DNA from: an uncultured Roseburia sp.
GTDB lineage: Bacteria > Bacillota > Clostridia > Lachnospirales > Lachnospiraceae
NCBI GenBank assembly: GCA_945836255.1
Contig: CAMAKU010000001.1
Location: forward strand, 15,836 to 79,835
Reading direction: 5' to 3'
Length of the DNA: 64,000 bases
Below are positions 31,905 through 42,000 of the stretch, in pieces. The notes beneath the pieces are model-generated. The model was not told the DNA's origin. It worked only from the letters and a program-made list of their open reading frames with translations, and ran no database searches. Position 1 is the first letter of the stretch; every line of letters begins with the position of its first letter. Made by a program: the position numbers and the translations under genes.

Positions 31905-32935
31905 GTTTCACGTATTTAAAACCAATGCCCAGCCCGGAAGAAATTCAGGCTGCTTATCCAATGAGTGAACAGATGACGGCATTAAAAGCCGACAGAGACC
32001 GTCAGATTGCCGACATCATCACCGGCAAAGACGACCGTGTACTCGCCATCATCGGTCCCTGTTCCGCAGACAATGAAGATTCCGTCTGCGAATACGTCAA
32101 CCGCCTGACAGCAGTACAGGAAAAAATCAAAGACCGTGTATTAATTGTTCCCCGTATCTATACCAACAAGCCACGTACCACAGGTTCCGGTTATAAGGGA
32201 ATCGCATCCCAGCCGGATCCCACCAAGGCTCCTGATATGGTGGAAGGATTGATTGCCATGCGCAAGATGCATCTGCGTGCGATTGCCGAAAGCGGCTTTA
32301 CCTGCGCCGACGAGATGCTCTATCCGGAGAACTGGGGTTATGTGGAAGATTTGCTCTCTTACGTTGCGATCGGCGCACGTTCTGTGGAAGATCAGCAGCA
32401 CCGTCTGACCGTCAGTGGCTTTGATGTTGCATCCGGTATGAAGAATCCCACCAGTGGAGATTTCTCTGTGATGCTTAACTCCGTCTACGCAGCACAGCAT
32501 GCCCATCATTTCACTTTTTCCGGCTACGAAGTACGCACTACAGGCAACCCTCTTGCCCATACAATACTTCGCGGCGCTGTCAGCAAACACGGCAATTGTG
32601 TGCAGAATTATCACTATGAGGATCTGGTACGTCTCGCTGATATGTACGCTTCCATGGATCTGGTCAATCCGGCAACCATCGTTGATGCCAACCATTCCAA
32701 CTCCAACAAGCAGTACAAACAGCAGATCCGTATTGTGCGTGAAGTGATGATGAGCCGCCAGTTCTCAGCCGATGTGAAGCAACTAGTCAAAGGCGTCATG
32801 ATTGAAAGTTATCTGCAGGAAGGCTGCCAGAAGATCTCCGACCATCAGGTCTATGGTCAGTCCATCACCGACCCATGCCTTGGATGGGAAGACTCCGAGC
32901 AGCTCCTTTATACCATTGCAGAATTAAACAAATAA
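31901..32935 (+). CDS. DAHP synthase (class I-alpha-like)
   Basis: IIGPCS, KPRTT, IGARS, KNPTSG, DANHSNS, GQSITDPC. Confidence 0.93.
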   Translation: MSFTYLKPMPSPEEIQAAYPMSEQMTALKADRDRQIADIITGKDDRVLAIIGPCSADNEDSVCEYVNRLTAVQEKIKDRVLIVPRIYTNKPRTTGSGYKGIASQPDPTKAPDMVEGLIAMRKMHLRAIAESGFTCADEMLYPENWGYVEDLLSYVAIGARSVEDQQHRLTVSGFDVASGMKNPTSGDFSVMLNSVYAAQHAHHFTFSGYEVRTTGNPLAHTILRGAVSKHGNCVQNYHYEDLVRLADMYASMDLVNPATIVDANHSNSNKQYKQQIRIVREVMMSRQFSADVKQLVKGVMIESYLQEGCQKISDHQVYGQSITDPCLGWEDSEQLLYTIAELNK

Positions 32936-32954
32936 TCACATCTAAAAATATAAT

Positions 32955-35900
32955 TTATGGGGTTGTGTTCGCTTTTTGCTCCCGCCGCTGTTCGCGGAGG
33001 AAATAAATCGTCGGAACTACAACCATTGTCAGGACAGTTGAGAACAGAAGTCCAAACAATAGGGTAACCGCCATCGGAGATGACATAGGATCCTGTGCCA
33101 TAATCAACGGTACCAGACCGATACAGGTGGTTACACTGGAGATCATAATTGGTCTAAATCGTGCAGCCACCGCCGTACGACATGCTTCTGTGATTGACTG
33201 TCCTTCTTCTCTTTTCGCATCGATTACCTCGATCAAAAGAATTCCGTTATTTACCACAATACCAAACAGGGCAACCACACCAAGCAATGCCATTACTTGC
33301 AGATTCATATTCAAAATCCACAAGCCGAAGAAGCATCCAATCAAACTCAGCGGAATGGATGTCAATACATTCAATGGCTTAGCAAAATCTTTAAACTGCA
33401 AGAGCAGGATAATATAGATAATCACCACGGCTACTGCTGCCGCAACCAGCAAATTCTGCAGCAGCGACATCATATTGCTCATCTCGCCCTGCTCCACAAT
33501 CGTAACATCCTCCGTATCCATCTGTGACAGATACTTTTCCTCAAACTCGGACTCGATATTTCCTGATACATAACCTGATTGCACACCGGAGAGCACTTTC
33601 ACATATCGCTTCCCATTGTAATGATTGATCAGTGGAACTGTCGGCTCCAGCGTAATATCCGCCACCTGTCCCAATAACACGTGGGTATCACTGACAGTAC
33701 CGGAAATCGGAAGATTCTTCAATTCATCCAGACTGTCCACGTTGGCCCGCACCACAATATCCATCTCGTCATCCGATCCGGTATAGGTGGAAGCCGTTGC
33801 ACCCATAAGACTGGTATTTAACTGCTTGACCACATCATATTTCAAGAGACCGTAACTGGAAAGCAATTCGCTGTCCAGATTCACCTTATACTCATATTGT
33901 GAAATCACAGAGGTGTCCCGTACATTCTCCGTACCTTCTACCTTAGAAAGATCATCCACCATCCGGGCTGCCAACGCGTTGATTTCGTCAATATCATCAC
34001 CGGATACCGTGTATACAATCTTATCATCTGCCGGCATAGAATATTCCAGACATTTGACTTCAATTGTCGCACCCGCAACGCGCTCATCAATTCTTGCCTG
34101 AATCTCTTTTGCCGCTTTCTCGGTGGAGCCGATCTGCTTCAAGGCATCTTCGTTTAACTGAATCATAATACGGCTGGCATTGTCCGCGTCACTCATGGAA
34201 GGAACCGTCAAAAAGAAACTGGGCAAACCGCCGCCCACGGCCGACGTATAGTGATCGACCAGTTCGTCCTCCTGTAACACTTCACCAATCTCGTCTACAA
34301 TCTCACCGGTAGATTCCAGATTCAGGGTTTCGTTTTGAATATCAATATAAATCACCGGCTTATCCGCATAGGGGAAGAACTGCATACCCAGTTGTGTCAC
34401 CAAAAATGCCGCCACACCTAAAGTAGCAAAGGATAATACCAACGTCCGCCGCGGATAACGTAAGCCAATCCCCAGCAGTTTATCAAAAAAGGTATGAACC
34501 GGATTCTTCTTTTCAATCTTCTTCTTAGACTCCGGTTGGAAGAAAAAGTATGCCAGTACCGGAATCCCGCACATTGCCATGAAATAACTTGCTGTCAGGG
34601 AAGAAATCACAACGGTGGGAATCGTCCCGGCTATCTGCCCCACCACGCCGGGCACAAAGTAGATAACACTAAAGGTCACCATGGTTGTAAGCGTACTGGT
34701 CAATACCGGTAGCCACGTCTCTTTCACGCCATTGATAATCGCTTCTTTCCGCTCCAATCCGGCATTGAGATTCTGTTGGATGGCCTCACTAATGACCACG
34801 GCGTTATCCACCAGAATACCAAGACTGACAATCAACGCTGCAATGGAAATAAACTGAAATTCGATATTCAGCAGATACATCACCGTAAACGTCACCAGGA
34901 TACTGATGGGCAAAGCCGTACTGATGACAAGCGCATTACGAATTCCCACACCGATCATGACAACGATCATAATCAGGAAAATACTCTGTAACAGATTGAT
35001 CAGGAAATTGTTGATATTTTCACTAATTGCCTCCGGGGCATACATCACCTCATGGAAAATCAAGTCGTCCGGCAGATTCTGCTTTAAGTTCTCAATTTCT
35101 TTCCGCACATCCTTACCGATATTCACCGCATTGACATCATCCTCAAACTTACCAACTAACAGGATGCAATTCCTGCCATCCTGCTGATAATATTTGTCAC
35201 TGGTATTCTCCACATAGACATTGGCAACATCTTTCAGTTTCACAAAAGACAAACTGTCTTGTGCGCCGCCGATAACCGTATTCTCGATATCTTCCAGACT
35301 TGTAAACAAGCCATCACTGGCAACTGTAACGGAACCGGAATCATAAGAAATACTACCTGCGGGAATATTGAGGTTCTGCGCCTGCATCAAAGATAGAATA
35401 TCTTCGATGGACACCTGATACGCCTGTAACTTCTGAATATCCGCCTCGACCACCACCTGCTTGGTACTCTCGCCCTCAATAGTCACCGAAGACACATGTT
35501 CCACCGACTCCAGTTCTTCCTTGATCGTCTCACCGTAAGACACCAACTCTTCCGGCGAATAATTGTCACTGGACAGACTGATGATAAACTGATTCTTAGA
35601 AATCAGGTCTGTGTTAATCACACTTTCCTGACACATATCCGGGAGTTCTGCCTGATGATCCGCCACGCATTCCCGCAACTGGGAATCCACATCATCAATC
35701 GTCACCTCTGTTGTATAATAAACAACAATTGCACTGGCGGATTCCATGCTCATACTCGTGGTATAATCCACATAGTCCAAATCCAGAATGGCATCTTCCA
35801 ACTTGTTGGTAACGTACTCTTCCACTTCCTCCGGGGAGGCTCCCGGATAAACCGTGGTCACCAGCGCTACTGCAATCGACGCATCCGGATTCTCCTGCTT

Positions 35901-36002
35901 GGGAATCATGTAATAACTGACTACACCAGCCAACACAATAATGACAAGAAAGAACATCACAATGTAACGATTGTTTAGGAGGCTTTTTGTAATCTTTTCC
36001 AT
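32955..36002 (-). CDS. RND (AcrB/AcrD/AcrF family) transporter
   Basis: 1015 aa; YPGASPEEVE, GILVDNAVV, GIVVNNGIL, RFRPIMISS; two large extracellular loops. Confidence 0.93.
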   Translation of the reverse strand: MEKITKSLLNNRYIVMFFLVIIVLAGVVSYYMIPKQENPDASIAVALVTTVYPGASPEEVEEYVTNKLEDAILDLDYVDYTTSMSMESASAIVVYYTTEVTIDDVDSQLRECVADHQAELPDMCQESVINTDLISKNQFIISLSSDNYSPEELVSYGETIKEELESVEHVSSVTIEGESTKQVVVEADIQKLQAYQVSIEDILSLMQAQNLNIPAGSISYDSGSVTVASDGLFTSLEDIENTVIGGAQDSLSFVKLKDVANVYVENTSDKYYQQDGRNCILLVGKFEDDVNAVNIGKDVRKEIENLKQNLPDDLIFHEVMYAPEAISENINNFLINLLQSIFLIMIVVMIGVGIRNALVISTALPISILVTFTVMYLLNIEFQFISIAALIVSLGILVDNAVVISEAIQQNLNAGLERKEAIINGVKETWLPVLTSTLTTMVTFSVIYFVPGVVGQIAGTIPTVVISSLTASYFMAMCGIPVLAYFFFQPESKKKIEKKNPVHTFFDKLLGIGLRYPRRTLVLSFATLGVAAFLVTQLGMQFFPYADKPVIYIDIQNETLNLESTGEIVDEIGEVLQEDELVDHYTSAVGGGLPSFFLTVPSMSDADNASRIMIQLNEDALKQIGSTEKAAKEIQARIDERVAGATIEVKCLEYSMPADDKIVYTVSGDDIDEINALAARMVDDLSKVEGTENVRDTSVISQYEYKVNLDSELLSSYGLLKYDVVKQLNTSLMGATASTYTGSDDEMDIVVRANVDSLDELKNLPISGTVSDTHVLLGQVADITLEPTVPLINHYNGKRYVKVLSGVQSGYVSGNIESEFEEKYLSQMDTEDVTIVEQGEMSNMMSLLQNLLVAAAVAVVIIYIILLLQFKDFAKPLNVLTSIPLSLIGCFFGLWILNMNLQVMALLGVVALFGIVVNNGILLIEVIDAKREEGQSITEACRTAVAARFRPIMISSVTTCIGLVPLIMAQDPMSSPMAVTLLFGLLFSTVLTMVVVPTIYFLREQRREQKANTTP

Positions 36003-36011
36003 AACAGCCTC

Positions 36012-37385
36012 CTATTCCTGACCTTCGTACGCAACTGCGCTACCGGTACGAATCAATTTCATACCTTCACAGATAATCAATTCTCCCGCTTCCGTCCCTG
36101 TCACCAGCACCTGATCATTGTTGATCTCTTCAATGGAAATATATTGTCTCTTTGCTCTGCCCTCATCCACCACATAGACATAATCATTGCCATCATTTAG
36201 GACAACAGACAGAGGGAGCCAGATACCGGTACGCTCACCGATATTGATCCTGACTGTGGCCAATTCGCCCAAATAGACATCCGGGTTTGCCACATCAACC
36301 GTCACATTGGTGGCATAAGTACGCGTACTCTCATCCGGGACCACATCAATATCTTTGATACTACCGGTAAAATCCTGTCCCTCAATCCGGATGGACACTG
36401 GCATCCCCACAGACACCGACATCAGATCAATCTGGGAAATACCAAAATTGATGACCACTTCATTGCTTGCCACCACAACGGCCGGGACAATGGGTGTGGA
36501 AACGCTGCCTTCTGTTGCCTCAACATCCACCACATATCCATTGGTTGGGGAACGGAGGATACAATTCTCTACGCCCTTTTTGGCAGATTCTACATTGTCT
36601 GCCGCATTGTCGTACGTCTCATTGGCATTGTCCAAGGTCTCTTCTGCCGCATCCAGTCGCTCCTTTTGTGCCTTGGCGTCATCCGACTCTGCCCCTTCCC
36701 GTGCCTTTTTGTCATAAGCCTCCTGCGCAGAGTCTACGTTCTGCTGATAGGCCTCCAGTGTACTCTGGGCAGAGTCCAACTGTAATTTCAAGGAATAATA
36801 ATCGGTGTTCGTCTCCGGCATACTGCCCTGTGACCCTTGCTTGTACTGGGGTGTCTCATCCAGTTGTGCCTTGAGGGAATCCACCTTTTCTTGCTGCGCA
36901 TCCCTCTTGGCAATGGCATCGTCTAAGTTCTCTTTTTCTTTTTTAGTGCCGCAGGCCTCGATATAGTCCTCCAATGCATCATCATAAGACTCCTGCGCAT
37001 TGTCTTTGGACTTCTTCGCATAATCCAATTGACGGTTGGCGCTGTCCAGTTGATCCTGTGCATCATCGTCCTCAATGGTACAGAGAATATCCCCTTCTCT
37101 CACCGGATCTCCTTTCTTGACATAGACACGTTCAATCGTTCCCACCGTCTCAAAAGTGCACTGGGTCGTCTCGTCCGGCTGCACCAGCCCCGTATACGTC
37201 AGTGTTACATCACTGCCGGTCTCACCTGCCTCCATCACAGAGACCTGTACCACCTTCTCTTCCTGACGTTCACTTCGTTGTTGCTGCTTGCGCACCACCA
37301 CAATCAATATGATTGCCACCACCGCAATGATGGCAACCACAATATAAAATGCCTTACAATGCAGCAATTTTTTCACTCTGTCCAT
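36012..37385 (-). CDS. RND adaptor (MFP) with extended helical hairpin
   Basis: N-terminal TM, split lipoyl halves (GTIERVYVKKGDPVREGDIL and LRSPTNGYV) around a ~170-aa helical insert. Confidence 0.88.
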   Translation of the reverse strand: MDRVKKLLHCKAFYIVVAIIAVVAIILIVVVRKQQQRSERQEEKVVQVSVMEAGETGSDVTLTYTGLVQPDETTQCTFETVGTIERVYVKKGDPVREGDILCTIEDDDAQDQLDSANRQLDYAKKSKDNAQESYDDALEDYIEACGTKKEKENLDDAIAKRDAQQEKVDSLKAQLDETPQYKQGSQGSMPETNTDYYSLKLQLDSAQSTLEAYQQNVDSAQEAYDKKAREGAESDDAKAQKERLDAAEETLDNANETYDNAADNVESAKKGVENCILRSPTNGYVVDVEATEGSVSTPIVPAVVVASNEVVINFGISQIDLMSVSVGMPVSIRIEGQDFTGSIKDIDVVPDESTRTYATNVTVDVANPDVYLGELATVRINIGERTGIWLPLSVVLNDGNDYVYVVDEGRAKRQYISIEEINNDQVLVTGTEAGELIICEGMKLIRTGSAVAYEGQE

Positions 37386-37571
37386 ATGCTTCCTCCTGCG
37401 TAAAATCGGCATCAAAACAGCGTACTATTCTGTACGACTTCTCAGATAGACCAAAGGGCAGTCCCTCCAGAACTGCCCTTATCGCCCAAATAATCCCCTA
37501 ACCTCTACCATAGATTATAAAGGAAATATATGGTTTACACAAATTAAAATTTTGTAAATTATCTAAATTTT

Positions 37572-39056
37572 TTATAGATTGGAATATCCCATAAGATATT
37601 CATCAATCTCCCGCGCACAATCGCGGCCCTGACGGATGGCTTTCACTACCAGAGACTGACCGGTATGCATATCACCTGCCGTAAAGACTTTGTCCACAGA
37701 AGTCCGGAAACTGCCCTCTTGTGTTGCCACATTGGTCCTGCCGTCCACCTTGACTTTGAAGGCATCGGTCACATAGGACTGACTCCCCAAAAAGCCCGCT
37801 GCGATCAGCACTAACTGACATGGCACTTCCTTTTCTGTACCCTCCACCGGAACCATCATGCGTCGTCCTGTCTTTTCATCCACTTTGGATTCCAGACTGA
37901 CCAGAACTACTTTGCTCAGGTTACCGCTTTTATCTTTTTTAAATTCCTTTACTGTGGTGGTATAGATCCGCGGATCGTGTCCAAACACAGCAATGGCTTC
38001 CTCCTGTCCATAATCCGTCTTGCACACCAGCGGCCACTGCGGCCACGGATTGGACTCTGCCCGCTCATCCGGTGCCTTTGGCATCATTTCCAACTGGGTG
38101 ATGGATTTACAGCCATGTCGAATGCAGGTGCCGACGCAGTCATTGCCCGTATCACCACCACCGATGACGATAACATCTTTGCCCTTAGCAGAGATGTACG
38201 TTCCCTCTTTCAGACCGTTATCTAACAGACTCTTGGTCGTAGAAGTCAGGAAGTCCACTGCAAAATAAATTCCCTTTGCATCTCTTCCCGGTGCGTCAAT
38301 GTCACGGGGATTGGATGCGCCGCAGGCAAGTACAACGGCATCATAATCGTCCAGTACGGTTTTTGCCTTAATCTCTTTGCCCACATCGGCATTTGTAACA
38401 AAAGTCACGCCTTCCTCTTCCATAACGGCAAGTTTGCGGTCAATGATATGCTTTTCCAGTTTCATATTAGGAATACCGTACCGCAACAATCCGCCTACCC
38501 GGTCATTCCGCTCATACACCGTCACAGAATGTCCGCGACTGTTCAACTGATCTGCAACTGCTAGTCCGGAAGGTCCGGAACCGATAACCGCGATTTTTTT
38601 GTTGGTGCGGTTCACCGGTGGCTTGGCGTCTGCCAGACCATGTTCATATGCATATTCGATGATTGCCATCTCATTTTCTTTGGTGGAGACTGCCTCCCCA
38701 TGCAGTCCGCATGTACAAGCCTTCTCACAAAGAGCCGGGCAAACCCTGCATGTAAATTCCGGGAAATTGCTGGTCTTATGCAGACGCAAATACGCCTGTT
38801 CCCAATTACCGTGGTACACCAGATCATTCCACTCCGGAATCAGATTATTCAACGGGCAACCGGAAGTCATGCCTTTGATGCTCATACCCGCCTGACAAAA
38901 CGGCACTCCACATTCCATACAGCGCGACCCCTGAATCTGCTGTTCCTCACGGGAGAGCGGAATATGGAATTCATTAAAGTTTTTGATTCGTTCTTTTGGT
39001 TCTACCGCCTGTGCTTCCCGGCGGTTATATTCTAAAAATCCTGTTGATTTTCCCAT
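37572..39056 (-). CDS. gltD: Glutamate synthase small subunit
   Basis: RCMECGVPFC, GCP..N.IP, GSGPSGL, GGGDTGNDC. Confidence 0.97.
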   Translation of the reverse strand: MGKSTGFLEYNRREAQAVEPKERIKNFNEFHIPLSREEQQIQGSRCMECGVPFCQAGMSIKGMTSGCPLNNLIPEWNDLVYHGNWEQAYLRLHKTSNFPEFTCRVCPALCEKACTCGLHGEAVSTKENEMAIIEYAYEHGLADAKPPVNRTNKKIAVIGSGPSGLAVADQLNSRGHSVTVYERNDRVGGLLRYGIPNMKLEKHIIDRKLAVMEEEGVTFVTNADVGKEIKAKTVLDDYDAVVLACGASNPRDIDAPGRDAKGIYFAVDFLTSTTKSLLDNGLKEGTYISAKGKDVIVIGGGDTGNDCVGTCIRHGCKSITQLEMMPKAPDERAESNPWPQWPLVCKTDYGQEEAIAVFGHDPRIYTTTVKEFKKDKSGNLSKVVLVSLESKVDEKTGRRMMVPVEGTEKEVPCQLVLIAAGFLGSQSYVTDAFKVKVDGRTNVATQEGSFRTSVDKVFTAGDMHTGQSLVVKAIRQGRDCAREIDEYLMGYSNL

Positions 39057-39073
39057 TGGTATCTCCTCTCCAT

Positions 39074-42000
39074 CTACTTCGTCAACGCATTAAATGCTTC
39101 GATCTGTGCCTGTTCACTGCTCAGCCCTTTTTCTTCCATCTGAACAATGGTCATCATCATCTTTTTATAGTCATGAGGAACAATCTTTTTGAACTTCGGC
39201 AGATATTCGCTGAAGTTGTCAAAGATTTCCTTGCCCTTCTTGGAGTTCGTGTATGCCACATGCTCCGTGATGATTTGCTTCAGTTCCAGGACATCATACT
39301 TATCTGTCACAGGCTCCAAAGATACCATGGATTTATTTAATTTACGGTAAAGAGAGGCATCCTCATCCAAAACATACGCGATACCGCCGCTCATACCAGC
39401 CGCAAAGTTCTTACCGGTCTGACCAAGGACAACCACACGGCCTCCCGTCATATATTCGCACCCGTGATCACCACAGCCTTCTACAACCGCTGTGGCACCG
39501 GAATTACGAACACAGAAACGCTCGCCTGCCACACCATTGATATATGCCTTACCGCTGGTAGCACCATACAGCGCCACATTGCCGATGATAATATTCTCAT
39601 CTTCCTTGTACGTCACTCCTGTGGGCGGATAGACCACCAGTTTACCGCCGGACAATCCCTTGCCGAAGTAATCATTGCTGTCGCCCACCAGTTCCAGCGT
39701 CAGTCCCTTGGGGATAAAGGCACCAAAACTCTGTCCACCGGCGCCATTACACTGTACCGTAAAGGTATCTTCCGGCAGACTCTCACCGAAACGGCGCGTA
39801 ATCTCTGCGCCAAACAACGTGCCCACGGAACGATCGGTATTGGTCACGTCAATCCGAATGCCCTTCTTATCTCCGGTCTCCAATGCGCTCTTAAACTGCT
39901 TGAGCAGGATCTTCTCGTCCACCGTATTCTGCAAACCAAAATCAAACACATTCTTTTTATGATAATCGATCTTACCTGCTTCTTTCTGATACGGGTTGTC
40001 CAGAATGGCTGACAGATCAATCTTTGCATATCTTCCCTGACGTGCGCTCTCTTTGACCTCCAGTAAATCGGTACGTCCCACCAGTTCATCCACGGTACGC
40101 ACACCAAGTTTTGCCATATATTCCCGCAGTTCCTGCGCAATAAAACGCATGAAATTAACCACGTATTCCGGCTTGCCGGTAAAACGCTTCCGCAACTCCG
40201 GATTCTGGGTGGCGATACCCACCGGACAAGTATCCAAATTGCAGACTCTCATCATAACACAGCCCATCGTTACCAACGGAGCCGTAGCGAAGCCAAACTC
40301 TTCCGCACCCAGCATAGCCGCAATCGCCACATCACGTCCACTCATAAGTTTACCGTCGGTCTCGATGATAACTTTATTACGCAAACCATTCATGGTCAAT
40401 GTCTGATGTGCCTCTGCCAATCCCAGTTCCCACGGAAGACCGGCATTATGAATGGAACTTCTCGGTGCAGCACCGGTTCCTCCGTCATAACCGGAGATCA
40501 GAATTACCTGCGCTCCCGCCTTGGCAACACCGGATGCCACCGTTCCCACGCCGGCTTCCGATACCAGTTTGACTGAAATTCTTGCATCTTTATTGGCATT
40601 TTTCAGGTCGTAGATCAACTGCGCCAAATCCTCAATAGAATAAATATCATGATGCGGCGGCGGTGAAATCAGCGAAACCCCCGGCGTAGACAGTCTCGTC
40701 TTGGCAATCCACGGATATACCTTTTTGCCCGGAAGGTGTCCGCCTTCTCCCGGCTTCGCCCCCTGCGCCATCTTGATCTGAATCTCCTGTGCACTTACCA
40801 GATAGCGGCTGGTCACGCCAAAACGTCCGGAAGCCACCTGCTTAATGGCAGAACAACGATTGTATCCGTCCTTACCGATGGTCAGACGTTCTTCTTCCTC
40901 ACCACCTTCACCGGAATTTGACTTGCCATGCAGCATATTCATGGCAATCGCCATGGTCTCATGTGCCTCCTTAGAAATCGAACCATACGACATAGCGCCC
41001 GTCTTAAATCGCTTCACGATATCGTCCACAGACTCCACTTCGTCGATGTTAATTCCCTTTTTCGGGTATTTGAAATCCACCAGTCCACGCAGGTTCATCA
41101 CCGTATCTTTTTCTTCATTTACCAGTGCCGTATATTCTTTGAACGTATCGTAATCGCCGGTGCGAGTAGACAACTGCAATAAATGAATGGTCTGCGGATT
41201 GTACAGATGCTCCTCCTTACCGCTGCGCATCTTATGAGCGCCCTTACTTTCCAGTGTATCGTCGGTATGTAATCCCAACGGATCAAAAGCCTGGGAATGT
41301 AGCATCTCCACATCTCGTTGGATATCTTCGATTCCGATGCCGCCGATCCGGCTCACCGTACCCTTAAAGTAACGATTGACTACATCCTCATTGATACCGA
41401 TTGCCTCAAAGATCTTAGCGCCCTGATAAGACTGCACGGTGGAGATTCCCATCTTCGATGCAATCTTAATAATGCCGCTGATTACCGCTTCATTGTAGGA
41501 ATCCACAGCGGCATAGTAATCCTTATCCAGCATATTCAAATCAATCAATTCCTGAATACTCTCCTGTGCCAGATAGGGATTGATAGCAGACGCACCATAG
41601 CCCAACAGCGTAGCAAAATGATGTACCTCGCGAGGCTCACCACTCTCCAGAATCACGGAAAGACTTGTCCTCTTTTTGGTCTGTACCAGATGCTGTTGAA
41701 GTGCTGAAACAGCCAACAACGACGGAATCGCTACATGGTTCTCGTCAACGCCACGGTCAGACAAAATAATGATATTTGCACCGTCACGATGTGCTCTGTC
41801 TGCCTCCACATACAGGTGGTCAATGGCCTTTTCCAGCGATGTATTCTTGTAGTAGGTAATAGGAATCACTTCCACCTTGAAGCCTTCCACATCCATATTC
41901 TTAATCTTGAGCAGGTCTGTATTCGTCAGAATCGGATTGTTGATGCGAAGCATCTTGCAATTCTCTTCCTTCTCCTCCAGCACATTCCCGCTGTCGCCCA

